64,000 nt of DNA from positions 310,001-374,000 of the forward strand of contig OZ024740.1 in NCBI GenBank assembly GCA_964016885.1. The letters are read 5' to 3'. A model generated the notes under the pieces. That model did not search any database, was not told where the DNA came from, and saw nothing but the letters and a program-made list of their open reading frames with translations. Shown one piece after another: positions 1 through 12,400 of this stretch. The first letter of the stretch is position 1. Each line of letters opens with the position of its first letter. Both the position numbers and the translations under genes were made by a program. This stretch comes from Eledone cirrhosa. Taxonomy: Eukaryota.

Positions 1-521
1 GCATAATTTGCTATTTGTATAGTAATTTGGCAATTGCAGTTAATAGGGCAGGTGCCTCTTTCATATAGAGATTGTGAGAGAGACACAGAGAGAGGGACAG
101 AGAGAATAAGAGAGGGAGAAAGTAAAAACTCTTCTATGATGAAAAAAATAAAAAATACAACTCCAACAGATGGTAGGGTTGATATAAGTAGACTAACCAA
201 TTAGTTATAATAATCTTTCTTTTAACACACAGTGTTGAGTCTGCTTAAATTACAAAAAATGAATGAGGCAACCATCATGTCCCAGACGATATGATCACTG
301 TTTCTACAATGATGATGATGTCCCAGAAGACATGTCCCCAATATTTGGTCCTGGTGGACACAGCAATAAATGATAATTACTGCACTTGTTACATCTTTTA
401 TTTACTGTTAAGGGCTTTGTTGTGGAAGTTCTTGAGAGAACCACATGTGGCAGATTTGGTGATTTGATGGAGTGGGGTGGGGCAAGATGACGCGTGTTCT
501 TTTTTTAAAGATATATTTACA

Positions 522-655
522 TTAAGCCTTTAGCATTTAAACTAGCCATATCTGGCCAGAATTCTCTCACCTCTTTTTGTTTAACCGGCCGCTCATACTG
601 ACATTAAGGTATTATTATCAAAACAAATAACATCAAAATCTCGTAGATTCGATAT
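522..655 (+). mobile_element. piggyBac-like MITE, one end (family of 51710-52295)
   Basis: ttaa-gcctttagcatttaaact..gaattctc..ctcatactga..taaggtatt aligns with the reverse complement of ~52170-52299. Confidence 0.55.
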
Positions 656-817
656 AATAATAATAAAGTATTAATAATGAAAATTATTGAGTACAGTACT
701 CAGGTGCACTACAACTCGTCAAAGGTGTATGTATAGTACATAGAATAATATTTGTCAGGGAAATGAATAGTGTATGAGTCATGATATACATGTGTGTATG
801 TGTATGGAGGGGGAACA

Positions 818-3800
818 TTAGCTGTAGTGTTGGCGAATCTCGGGAAGTATGGAGGTTTTAAAAGATGCAGTGTCTCGACAGCTAACAACTGATGCAGGTA
901 GTTTGTTCCATGCTTCAGCAACTCTGAGCGTGAAAGAATGTTTCCGAAAGTCATGGGAACTGTGCTGTTTTCTGACTTTGTGGGCATGCCCACGTGTGTT
1001 AGACACATGGAAATCAAAAATGTGCTCAGGGTTTCATTCATTCGTTTCATTTCATTTTACGTCCGCTTTTTCCCTGCTTGCAAGGGTGGGACAGGAACTG
1101 ATTCTGGCTTGATTTCTACAGCTGGATGCCCTTCCTAACACCAACCTCATTTATAGTGAGTGCTGGGTGCTTTTTTGCCGTGGCACCTCCACGACCACTT
1201 TGCAGTGGATCTCATTTCTACAGCTGAGTAAACTGGAGCAATGTGAAATAAAGTGTCTTGCTCAAGGAAACAACACATCACCCGGTCTGAGAATTGAACA
1301 CACAATCTTTCGATTGCAAGGCCAATGCTCTAACCACTAAGCCATGTGCCTCCAGGGTTGTTGTTGGCAAAATGGTTAACAATTTTGTGGGTGTTTATCA
1401 AGTCAGTTGCCAGGCGTCGGAGCTTCAATGTATCCATGCCCAGGGAAGCAAGGCATTCAGAGTATGGTAGATGTCTGATGGAGGGTATTCGCTTGGTTGC
1501 ACGTCTCTGAACAGTTTCCAGGCAGTCAATGTTCTGAACAGGATAGGGGTTCCAGACTGGTGATGCAAATTCTAAGTGTGGCCACACCATAGCCATGTAC
1601 AGCCTTAAATAGATAGCTGGAGAGCGGCTGACACAGGTCTTGCTGAGTGATGCTAAGACACCCTCGGCCCTCTTGACAATTTTAGAGACGTGCTTCGCTG
1701 CTGACCGTAATGTCCAGGTCACGTTCACAAGAAGACTTCTTGATATTAGTGCTGTGGAGGGAGTATGTGGACGCTGGGTTTTTACTCCCAAAATGCATGG
1801 TTATGCACTTGTCCACAGCTAGCTTGAGTTGCCAGTCTGAGATCCATTGTTGCATTGTGTCCAGGTCAGACTGCAAGCAAGATCTATAGTGTTCAGGATC
1901 TGTCCTTTTTATCTCAAGGTATAGCTTGATGTTATCTGCGTACTTTTGTACTGTGGCATTCTTTAAGTTGGCATCTATGTCATTAATATATGCCACAAAC
2001 AAAAAGGGGCCAAGAACAGATCCCATCTCATATGGTGAGGAATGCTGTCCCAGAACCGTGACTACCTCTCTTCGACTGAGAATGAAGGACTTCGACTGAG
2101 AATGAAGGACTTCGACTGAGAATGAAGGACTTCAACCAGTTAAAAAGATCATCCTTCACACCCATTGCAGAGAGTTTTGCCATAAGCCTTTTGTGTGGCA
2201 CAGAATTGAAAGCTTTCGCAAAGTCAAGGTAAACAATATCCACCCATGAGCCGCCATCAGTGATCCGGGTGATGTCTTCAAGAAACTCGATAAGTTGATC
2301 ACAGTAGCTGGAGTTAAATCCAAATTGCGAGGGCTGGATAAGGCTGTGAGAGTACCAGAAGTTCCAAAGTGTTTCTCTGACACAGGATTCCATCAGTTTG
2401 GCAATGAAACTAGTAAGACTGACTGGACGATAGTTCACAGGTGATGTGTGGTCACCCTTTTTGAACAGAGGAATGACACTGGCAGTTTTCCACTGTTCTG
2501 GAGTAGCACCATTGTTCAGACAGAATTGGAAGAAGCTTGATAGCTGGTGCAATACCCACCACGTTTAAGAAGCAGGTACGTAACACCATCAAGACCAGGA
2601 GAGGCATGGTTGCATTTATTTTTAAGGTGACATCGCAGCATTACAGGTGTAAATTACATAGTTGTAATAGAGTCCGGTACACTCTGGTCTTCAATAGTGA
2701 AATGCCTGCATAGCATTCAGCAATGAGCTCTGCGTATTCCTTGGGGTTGTCAGTAACCTGGCTTGTGTGGGGATTGTGAAGAGGACCAACTGGAGAGTGA
2801 GGCCTCTGCTTTGAGTGAACATACTTCCAGAACACCTTACTGTCAGGGCTGGTTGCTATGCGCTGCTCAAATTGAAGCACTGCCTTTTTGTCACCTGTTT
2901 GAGGTGGTTGGACGATCTATTTCGCCTCTTCCTATTAATGTCTGATTTGTGCAGTTTGTACTCACGTTCAGCATTGCGCCGTTCTTTTCTGGCAAGACGG
3001 GCTGCGGCAGTCTCCAAAATTGCACTTTTGGGATGTTTTTTCCGCTTACGTGGCACCGATGCTGCACATGCTGTCCATATTGAGCTCAGGATGTTCTGGA
3101 GTACAGTGTTGACATCTCCAGAGTCGTAGAACTCAAGCCAGTTTGAACGTTGCAACTCGGTGCAGTAACAGTTCCAGTCTGCTTTATTCCAGTCAAAGTG
3201 AGCAGTTTGCAGATGGTTGTGGTTCTTGTTACTGCTCATGAGGGATAGATTGGCAATGATCATAGCATGATCAGAGTCACCTAAAGGTTCCTCAGTAGTA
3301 ACACTAATGACCATTTCAGGAGTAGTGGTGAAGAGTAGATCCAAAGTGTTGTCACCTCTTGTTAGGGAGGTGACTACGTCCAGCACTAGCTCAAGGAAGT
3401 CATTTGCACTTGGCGGCCAACGAAAGGTTTCCCAGTAAATCTCAGGGTGATTGAAGTCTCCAGCAATAAAAACATAAGTGGCTGTTTTCCTGGCAGCAGC
3501 TCTGAGGATATCACAAAGTTGAGTGTCCTGATGGTAATTTGGGGGACGGTAAACGACTCAGTGTTGACATGGTCATACATATATCGCAGAAAAAACTTCC
3601 TGCTGTGATTGGTTCAAATCAACACAAGGAATTGCCGACAAATTTGACCGAACGTAGACCATTACACCACCACCACAACGATTAATGCGGTCTTTACGAA
3701 ACAGGTTGTAGCCAGTTATGCTGAAAACCCCATCACAGAGTAAGGGATGATACTTTTGACCTAGGAGTCAAAAAGATGAATCTTATTGCATAGACTACGT

Positions 3801-3830
3801 GCATTCAAGGACAACAATCTGTACCTTGAT
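818..3830 (-). pseudogene. Disrupted CR1 ORF2 (APE endonuclease + reverse transcriptase)
   Basis: Collinear ORF fragments 2856-3386, 2641-2880, 2028-2552, 1682-2026, 1330-1791, 818-1006, separated by frameshifts, stops and a SINE. Confidence 0.85.
1034..1353 (-). mobile_element. tRNA-derived CORE-like SINE (family 1) with RTE-derived 3' end
   Basis: Reverse complement of the copies at 45297 and 51731. Target duplication (c)agggtt at 1027-1033 and 1353-1359; removing the SINE restores the CR1 reading NNNP-EHIFDF. Confidence 0.9.
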
Positions 3831-3952
3831 TCCAGTATATGATTATGTGCAGGGGATGGCAGGTTGTTCTGATTTAGTTTCCCAGAGTTTTTTCAGTTTT
3901 TTTTATTGTCAGTTCTTGTGGGTACAGTGTTTTCAGACCAGCTGGTATCTCT

Positions 3953-5032
3953 TTACCATGTTTCACCAGCCTTAACAAACTTCCATATCTGCCTATCATC
4001 ATGTAGGCTGAAGCTTTCATGTTCTGCCAAGCTGCGGTTTAAGGAAGCTGCAGCACGCAACTTTGGGCGGACATCAGGTGGAATACCAGGGCATGTTCGG
4101 AAAGCAATCCGACTTTCACGCCTAGCTTTATCAGAGGCTACAAGGTATGAACGTGCCTCAGTTGAGTTCGAAAACGACAGTCTAATTAGCCTGGGTTTCG
4201 GGCCTGGTTGGCCAAGGCGTAGAGCACCCTTCGCGGGAGCACAGCCCAAGTCTTTGGATGAACTGGCAGCAAATGCCTGAAGATCAACTATGTCTTCTGG
4301 TACTCCAATGGCAATCACTTCGTGGTTTGCAGATTCAGTGGCATTCTCAATGCGTCTAGGTTCAACATGAGGTACGCGGAGATTTTTTAACAAGGCACTT
4401 TGGTAAGATCCCTCATTGTGAGGTTCTACACAAACGCTTGATTTTATTCCCGCTATTTCTCGGCTTAAAGCGGAAATCATTTGCCGTATTTCCTCAAACT
4501 CCGTATTGACGGTCAATTTTTGTTGTTGTTCTTCTCCTTCAACAGGCATGGTAGAAGACACAGTCGTCGGTTGTTGTTGTTGAAAAGTAACGGGGGAGGA
4601 AGAAATGGGTTGTTGTTGTTGATGAAGTCCTTCAGCGGGGGTAGTAGCAGAAACTACGGTTGTTGGTTTTTGCTGTTCAGGAACAATGGTAGGGGAAGAC
4701 ACGATCTTCGGTTTTTGTTGTTGTTGTTCAGCAGCAATGGTAGAGGCAGACATACACTCCAGGCACTGAAAGGACCAATTTGTTAGCTGGACCATCTCCC
4801 AGAGTCCATCCATCATAGCAATATGATGTTTCTTGTTTTGGCCTGGGATCTTCCGGAAGCCTGTGGCGCATTGAAGGCAGATAGAGATGCGACAGGTTCC
4901 ACATTCGACCCAACGATTACGGAACGAGTTTTCGGGTTCCGTACAGATATGGCAGATGTGATTTTCTGGGCAATGTTCTATTTTGGAACATCGACCAGTT
5001 TTGTCCCATACTTCATCCATGGACATCACCAT
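3953..5032 (-). CDS. CR1 ORF1 protein with N-terminal PHD-like Cys cluster, polyQ-containing repeats and coiled coil
   Basis: 359-aa ORF upstream of ORF2; CHIC..WVECGTC..CLQC..FQCLEC; repeated QQQQ-P-x-x-SS-x-T units; RLG..PRLIRLSF motif typical of CR1/L2 ORF1. Confidence 0.8.
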   Translation of the reverse strand: MVMSMDEVWDKTGRCSKIEHCPENHICHICTEPENSFRNRWVECGTCRISICLQCATGFRKIPGQNKKHHIAMMDGLWEMVQLTNWSFQCLECMSASTIAAEQQQQKPKIVSSPTIVPEQQKPTTVVSATTPAEGLHQQQQPISSSPVTFQQQQPTTVSSTMPVEGEEQQQKLTVNTEFEEIRQMISALSREIAGIKSSVCVEPHNEGSYQSALLKNLRVPHVEPRRIENATESANHEVIAIGVPEDIVDLQAFAASSSKDLGCAPAKGALRLGQPGPKPRLIRLSFSNSTEARSYLVASDKARRESRIAFRTCPGIPPDVRPKLRAAASLNRSLAEHESFSLHDDRQIWKFVKAGETW

Positions 5033-5303
5033 GGCAATTTTGTAAACAATATAGGTTTAGCGCACTTGATTACGATAGAAATAAAATGTTTGTTTTTGTT
5101 TTGTTTTTTGTGTATTTTTGTTTCCGTTTTCCTAAATATTGTGTGTGTGTGTGTGTGTACAAAAGAGTCTGCGCATGTAAACAAATAAATATGCTGTGTA
5201 AGTTAACAAGATAAATGTTTGTTTCTGTTTTGTTTTTGTATTTGTTTCTGTTTTCCTATGTTTCTGTGTGTGTATGCAACAAGATCTGCACACGAATATA
5301 TAA

Positions 5304-6176
5304 TCTATATATATAAAACTGAGGTTGTCTGTCTGTCTACTAAAACCTTCGGCACACATCTCCTCTTAAACCGTACGTTCAAATTTCGGTGAAATTGCTA
5401 CACTTATAGATGAAGGTCCGGCGGAAACATCGGTCAAATAAATTTTCAAATAAGTTCTTGTTTTTGATTATGTCATCTATATATATAAAGCTGTGGTTGT
5501 CTGTCTGTCTATCGATTTTTGGCACACATCTCCTCTTAGAATCTCTAACGGAATAGTTGAACGTACGGTTTAAGAGGAGATGTGTGCCGAAGGTTTTAGT
5601 AGACAGACAGACAACCTCAGTTTTATATATATAGATATATGTATCTGTAAATTTCGTTAGGCGTGCAGACAGACAGTCGTGCAGACAGACAGTCGTGCAG
5701 ACAGACAGTCGTGCAGACAGACAGTCGTGCAGAGAGGTGATATACGTGTGCAGACAGACAGTCGTGCAGAGAGGTGATATACGCGTGCAGACAGACAGTC
5801 GTGCAGAGAGGTGATATAGGCGTGCAGACAGACAGTCGTGCAGAGAGGTGATATAGGCGTGCAGACAGACATAACTGATAATTTGGTTACGCTAATGTTT
5901 TTCTCTGCGTTGCAGTGTTTACATTTTCGATCTTTGTTAATAAATAACCAGTGCAGTTTTTATCCCCAGCATACTCTTTTGTTATAACATTCGGGTTATC
6001 GTTATGTTTTCTTAACTTCATAAGGCATATTGTTGGTTGAGGGAATATTAATCAAAAACACCACATGCAAGTCTGCACAGTAGACACTACAGTTTTTAAG
6101 CCAAAAAAGAAACTTAACATTGTAACTTTAACACAGCTACTGAGCGACCCCGAGCAACGCCGGGCTTTACTGCTAG
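5304..6176 (+). mobile_element. Non-autonomous Helitron
   Basis: A|TCTATATATATAAA 5' end followed by (GTCT)n; 3' GC hairpin cccgagcaacgccggg followed by CTAG|T at 6173-6177; internal minisatellite. Confidence 0.8.
5660..5870. repeat. Minisatellite inside the Helitron (gtgcagacagacagtc / gtgcagagaggtgatatacgc units)
   Basis: Tandem 16-bp and ~22-bp units visible directly. Confidence 0.9.
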
Positions 6177-6624
6177 TTATATATATAATTAAAATGTGTA
6201 TGTGGGTTAGAAGCGAAGTCAATGTTCAGAAAGATTTTACAAATTCACGTAAGATTGGCCGGTATAGTGCCTCACACGAAATAGTGTGGTTTCTTTTCAC
6301 TTGTGTGTATATGCATGTGGTATGTATCTGTATATAGATTTGTGTGTATATTGTTGTTTATAGGTTTTGTGGAGTACTTACTGCAATGCCTAAGGGATGT
6401 AGTGATTTGTTTTTTGTTTTTTTTCCCCATCCATGTCCACACGTGGTTTGTTGGCGAAAATCAAGTCAAATTATATATACTTCATTAAAATAATTCTATG
6501 TTGAAGCTGGTACTAGTTGTCAGGGAGCAGTCAAAGTATTTGTAATAATGAATATTGTAATGCATTTGACATGTGTTTAGAGGGCTGTTTTTGGTGAAAA
6601 TATTATATTTTGTTTGGTCAAGAC

Positions 6625-6760
6625 ATGATGATGATGATGGTGATGGTAGTTGTGGTATTGATGATGATGATGATGATGATGGCAGTTGTGGTATTGGTGA
6701 TGATGATGCTGGTTGTGGTGGCAGTAATCACGATCATAATGCTGATGGTGATGATGATGT
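6625..6760. repeat. Degenerate (GAT/GGT)n trinucleotide repeat
   Basis: Direct inspection. Confidence 0.85.
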
Positions 6761-6829
6761 TGTCTTTAATGTATCTATTCTACTACAATTCCGCAAATGA
6801 ATACAATTTTAGAAACTGTATACCCATAT

Positions 6830-6970
6830 GAGAGATATTACATGCGATAATGCCTTTACATTGAAAATATAATAGTATATATAGAGTAATGTAAATGTTA
6901 TGTGAGGTAAAGCCTTTACTGTCAAAATACAGAAGTATATATAGAGCAATGTAAATGCTACAGAGATTAA
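6830..6970 (+). mobile_element. piggyBac-like MITE, other end, with ~60-bp internal duplication
   Basis: gaggtaaagcctttac..atatagag.aatgtaaatgcta..ttaa aligns with the reverse complement of 51706-51728 plus 52120-52170. Confidence 0.5.
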
Positions 6971-7211
6971 CACCTTTTGTTGAGATTGTTGTTGTAAAAG
7001 CCAAGATAATCTTTGATCCAGCAGATTTCTGAACCAATATATTCCATCATACACATAAGCATACACACAAAACACACACACACACACACATAGTATGCTT
7101 CATCACTACTTTACAAATGGTTTGCAATGGTTTGGTTGGACCTCAGTATTATCCATAATCATCATCTAGCAATCACACATCAACAGAGAAAATAAACTTT
7201 TTTATGCTATA

Positions 7212-7457
7212 TCATCATCACCATTATACGTCCATTCTTCCGCGCTAGCATGGGTTAGACGAGTTGTCATGTAGTGGGCAATGCCAGGTCAGGTGACCAG
7301 GTCTTGCTCATACAGAACTGATTTTGGCTTGGTTTCTACAGCTGCATGCCCTTCCTAACACCAACCTTATTTCCAATGAGTACTGGGTGCTTTTTTATCA
7401 TGACACCTACACAACCACTGTCTATATGTTTCAGCTTGTACCCATGGGACGTTGAGC
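7212..7457 (-). mobile_element. Old RTE (family A-like) 3' fragment
   Basis: (CAT)n tail; gctagcatgggttagac; gcatgcccttcctaacaccaacc. Confidence 0.8.
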
Positions 7458-7514
7458 ATATATATATATATATATTCAAATTTTAAGAAAGCCAAAACTA
7501 GGATATTATTATTT

Positions 7515-8105
7515 GCAGGCTTGGAAAGTATGGCAGGATGGGGAAAGTAGAGAGCACTATCAAGTGGTCAGGAGAGAGGCTAGGAGACAAGTGTACCTTG
7601 CAAAAAGGGTAGCAGAGGATAGAAAGTTCAAGCATATTCTGCAACGCGAGGTCAATGTCTCTGGACAATGTCTCTGGACCGAGACCTCTGGTGCTACGCA
7701 GTAATACAGAAGACCCGCCTTGCCTATGTACAAAGCAAAACCTACACTCAGTAGGCACCTCTTAACCAAATATACACCCCAATCTACTACCCCTACCCTA
7801 TCCTCCCACTCCCACCAACAGCACGAGAAAATGAGATCGAGTTTCATGTAGGTGTCACGACAAAAAACACACAGTCCACACTGTAATGTGGCCGTGTAGG
7901 TAACACGGTAAAAAGTTCCCAGTTCCACACCGTAAATGTGGTTGGTGTTAGGAAAGGCATCCAGCCGTAGAAAATCTGCCAGATAGTCCTATATGAGCGA
8001 GACACGGTCACCCGACCAGCCTTGCCTCAAGTGGGACAACTCCCGTCTAACCCATGCTAGCGTGGAAAACGGACGTTAAACGAAGATGATGATGATGATG
8101 ATGAT
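7515..8105 (+). mobile_element. RTE family B-like fragment with a large internal deletion
   Basis: QAWKVWQDG..FKHILQRE (matches ~17187-17320) joined directly to the ORF end and 3' UTR (matches ~19140 onward); (GAT)n tail. Confidence 0.8.
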
Positions 8106-8744
8106 CTATGTTTCAAAACAGCCAGAATATCACATCCATCTGTGGAGAAACTGGAGATTACCAGTTAAAAATTAACTGCATTATGGGTGCTTAATCCTAA
8201 CAGTGACTCTTCAGGAAATCTTATCTAAAATGATTGGAGGACTGCGAGACTGTGTCAGGGATATTTTTTTCTGAACGCATTATTAAAATAAGTGGATTAC
8301 TTCGAATAAATCATGAATGAATATAATGTAATTTATCCCCTATATTTCGTAGCTCTTGATTAAACATAAATATTCTTATGTGTTTTTTATTTTAAGATTT
8401 ACTTTTTTAAAGATTTTCAAATGCCAATAGTTCTGGTTAATGTCCGTTATATCTAAACACTTAGTCGTACACTATATCACATTGTTTATATAAACGTTCA
8501 TATATGTGCATCGTTAAATAACGTTTAGATTTCCAGCGCTAATTTTCTCCTTTTTCGTTTTCATAACATTTCACCGTAATGTAGTTTATTTATTAAATCT
8601 TTTTTAAATGTATCATGGATTACTTTACTGATTTAGGGCAGTACGTTCAGTAATTTATAATAGAAAGATTTGAAAATATTTAGAAGTTTTTTCATTACTC
8701 AATGTCACATGAAGATTATATATATGGAGTTAAGAATATTTTTA

Positions 8745-8892
8745 CACATGTAAATGTGGTTGGTGTTAGGAAGGGCATCCAGCCATAGAAAACCTGCCAG
8801 ATAGTCCTATACAAGCTTGCCTCAAGTGGGACAACTCCCGTCTAACCCATGCTAGCGTGGAAGATGGACGTTAAATGAAGATGATGATGTTG
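8745..8892 (+). mobile_element. RTE family B-like 3' UTR fragment
   Basis: gtggttggtgttaggaagggcatccagcc..cccatgctagcgtggaa and GAT tail. Confidence 0.8.
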
Positions 8893-9097
8893 ATACTTTT
8901 TAAAATATGTCTATACTTACCTATTATTTTTTCTAATCAGGTACCAAAATAAAACTAATTTTATATTGTTGAGACATTTCAAATAGGGTGCTTTCGTTTC
9001 AATATATATATAACCATCATCCTTTCACATCCATTTTTCCATGCTAGCATATATAATATATATATAAATAATATATATATATAATATATATAATATA

Positions 9098-10142
9098 TCA
9101 TCATCATCATCATCATCGTTTTACGTCCCTTCTTCCATGCTAGCATGGGTTAGACGGGTTGTCCTGTTGTGGGCAGTGTCTGGTCGGCTGACCATGCCTT
9201 GCTCATACAGGAACTGATTTTGGCTTGATTTCTACAGCTGGATGCCCTTCCTAATACCAACCTCATTTTTAGTGAGTGCTGGGTGCTTTTTTTCCGTGGC
9301 GCCTACATGTCCACTTTACAGTGTGGGCTGGGTGCTTTTTTGCCGTGGCGCCTCCACGACCACTTTGCAGTGGGAGGGTGTGGGGAATATTGTCTATATG
9401 CTTCAGCTTGTACCCATGGGAGGTCGGGTACTCTGTATTACTGAGCGACACCAGAGGTCACGGTCGTGTGTCATTGCCTTTGAGAGGTGTAATTGGGTAA
9501 GGTCGGCTTTTATCACCTCATCCCAGGTCTTCTTGGGTCTCCCCACTCCGCGGTTTCCATTGACTTCTAGTGCTCTGCACCTTTTTATGCAGCTGTCATC
9601 CTTCATACGCATCACATCACATGTCCATACCAACGCAACCACCTATCCTGCATACATCATTTGATTCCTCTTATGCTCAGTCTCTCTCTCAATTCATTTA
9701 TGCTTTGCCATTCGCGTATATTACTATTACACATCCATCGGAGTATGCAGGCTTCGTTTCTTTCTAATCTACTACGTAAGTCTTCCACCTTCAGCGCCCA
9801 GGTCTCACTACGATGTAACATTACTGTTCGTATACACGCATCATACAGTCTGCCTTTCATTCTGAGGGAGAAGCCTTTTGCAGCTAGCAGTGGCAGGAGT
9901 TCCCTAAACTTCTTCCATCCCGTTCTTACCCTAGTTATTGTACTTTCTGAACACCCACCTCCGCTGCTAATTCAGTCACCTAGGTAGCAGAAGCTGTCTA
10001 CTGTTTCTACAGGGCCCTCCCAGAGATTGGTGATTCTTGTTTCCTGTGGCTGTTTGCTGCCCCAGCACAGCTGCTACATGTGAAGCCTACATTCTTATTA
10101 ACCTTCCTGAGATCCCGCTATATCTTTTATGTACCCATTGTT

Positions 10143-10146
<4 letters not shown>
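9098..10146 (-). mobile_element. RTE family A, 5'-truncated, diverged copy in (TA)n
   Basis: Aligns with 14438-15478, with indels; (CAT)n tail. Confidence 0.9.
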
Positions 10147-10180
<34 letters not shown>

Positions 10181-10226
10181 GTATATATATAATATATATA
10201 TAATATATATATAATATATATATAAT

Positions 10227-11385
10227 ACAGGATTTATAAAATGGCCTCCTTGTCCCTCTTAATCTTTACCCCCCCCCCCCTATATCGTATACATGCCTGC
10301 TGGTTCACCCTTTCACTCACTCCCGTCTCTCACCAAATATAAATAAACCTGTTACGAGGTACGAATCTCAGAATTTGTCAATGCTTATTAATGGTGAGAC
10401 CGGCTCGCTCTCCTGCGAAATGTAATGTAAAATGCCATTTTTTCTTGTCTCTCCAGCCTCTCGGTCCATTCATTCATATATCCGTATCATCACCCAGAAT
10501 CCAATCTTTTGCTCCTTCTCAATGCTATTCTATAATTCTGTCTGGTTGTTGTAAATAATCTTCTTGTATTTTAAAATCCCATTATTCGCTTATTACTGTT
10601 ATATGCTTGTCCAATTATGCCCAAAATTCAAAGATTTTATTTAAACCCTCTCGCTAACTACCCCCATACCCCTCCCACCCGCCCCCACTCTCCACCATTA
10701 TTATTTGGACCAATCATAAGTCAGCGGCCTATGCTATCACTTCTCCTGGTTGCTTTTCGATATGATGGATGGACTAAGGATTTCTGGAGAGTCTGAAAAA
10801 TCTGAACACTCAGTGACAATGCCAAAGATAAAGACAAATTCACCTCATGCTGCCGGACGAAAAGGCAAGGACTCCTCTTCTTTGTTTCAGCCGCGGATGG
10901 CCAACATAACCCCAACCCCATCTCCCTCACCCCTCCGGCGCCCCACCCACCAAACGCAATCCCAAACTTCAGAGTTGGTACCATGAATGTAGGCACCTTA
11001 AAAGGTCGCTCTAACGAGGTTGTAGAAATGCTTGAATGTAAGGAGGTTGACGTTTACTGTATCCAAGAGACCAGGTGGAGGGGTGGGTCTGCTAGATTCA
11101 TTGTGGGTAAAAAACGATGCTATAAGCTTTTCTGGATGGGAAATGACAATGGGCTGGGTGGGGTAGGTATCATGTTAGCAGAAAAATGGGTAGATAAGAT
11201 AATAGACGTAAATAGAGTGAATGACAGAATAATTAAAATAAGACTTGTCCTAAATAGAACTACTGTGACAGTAATATCTGCGTACGCACCCCAATCCGGA
11301 CTGCCTGGCGCTATAAAAGACAGATTCTATGAGACACTGATGCTCACTACCTCCTAAATAACCGACAGTGACTATATAATTATTG
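10227..11385 (+). mobile_element. RTE family B 5' part (probable 5' UTR + APE endonuclease N-terminus), 3'-truncated
   Basis: MNVGTLKGRS..CIQETRWRG..GVGIML..ISAYAPQ; 11276-11385 is nearly identical to 16474-16584. Confidence 0.85.
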
Positions 11386-11391
11386 TTGTAG

Positions 11392-12400
11392 CTACAACAT
11401 TATTTCGCACAATATGTCCAGGAGGAAAATAGTAATAAGAATAGCAACCACACACACACTAATACGAAGGATGCCAACAAACGTAACCCACACCACAGAA
11501 GTTACCATAATACCATAAACGGAAACAACTCACCAGACATAAAAAACAAAAATAAAAGAAGAAATAATACATTTTTCAACCCTCCTATCAATCTAAACAT
11601 CTCTACCAACCTACCTAAGGCTTTCTTCTCCCTCCTGGATAAAAACTTCCCATCTGGCCACAAGTACCATAGCCTTTTAAACAAAAACACAATTAAATCT
11701 CCTACTCTACTACGCCTAACATAGCATAGCATACCACATAGCTAGTAGCAATAAAAGAAAAATTAATTCTTACTTCCAACAAACTAAATCACAACAGGGG
11801 GTAAACCTTCAAAATAACATATCAACTAACACTGATAACAATAGTAATAATAGTAATAGCACTAATGTAAGCAATAAAGCTGAGAGCGACAACCCCCATA
11901 ACCATAATCCAACAGCTAACATCCAGACTTCTACACAACATAATAACCGGCAGGCTAACATCCAAAATAATTGTAACTGTAGATCTAATAGAACCTGCCC
12001 TTTAGATAAAAAATGCTTAATGTGGATACCATATACTCATGCACCGTCACAACTAGCAACTCTTCTGAAACCTATATAGGCTCTACTTCAAACTGCTTCA
12101 AAACCAGATACAATTCGCACCTCCATTCTTTCAAAAAACACAGTCTAGCCAACTCCACTTCACTATCTAGCTACATACACTATCTAAAAACTAAAAATAG
12201 ATCTTATACACTCAAATGGGAAGTGATAGGTAAGGCGACATCGTACAAACCACCTAATAAATTTTGTAACTCTGTCTACTAGAGACCCATACTATTATCT
12301 TCTCAAACCATAACCTCCTTAATAAAAAATCAGAAGTGTTCGTGTCTTGCCAGCACCGCTTCCGACACTCCTTCCAAAACTTTAATCCCAATATATAGCA
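11392..12400 (+). mobile_element. Degraded Penelope-like (Naiad-type) element, C-terminal GIY-YIG part; 3' UTR may run to ~13400
   Basis: FFNPP..FFSLLDKNFPSGHKYH, CNCRSNRTCPLDKKC, IYSC..TYIGSTSNCFKTRYNSH; homologous to the 26483-28924 ORF. Confidence 0.85.

Larger units (their letters stand above)
655..5303 (-). mobile_element. CR1-type LINE (ORF1 + degraded APE-RT ORF2), interrupted by a SINE; 5' UTR may extend to ~6470 beyond the Helitron
   Basis: Minus-strand fragments: TRGDNTLDLLFT/LGDSDHAMI (APE), NYRPVSLTS, YLDFAKAFNSVPH, GSVLGPFLF, YADN, VQRRATKRIP, TRGHAHK. Hairpin tgagtacagtactca at ~688-702 and (TTA)n-like tail near 655-665. Confidence 0.9.

Noticed and set aside
5660-5870. Repeat-spacer appearance (CRISPR-like)
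   Set aside because: The spacers are themselves repeats, the context is eukaryotic, and there are no cas genes.
10390-10440. Possible HDV-like ribozyme in the RTE-B 5' UTR
   Set aside because: Only a small tcgc/gcga hairpin is visible; the nested double pseudoknot could not be built by eye.
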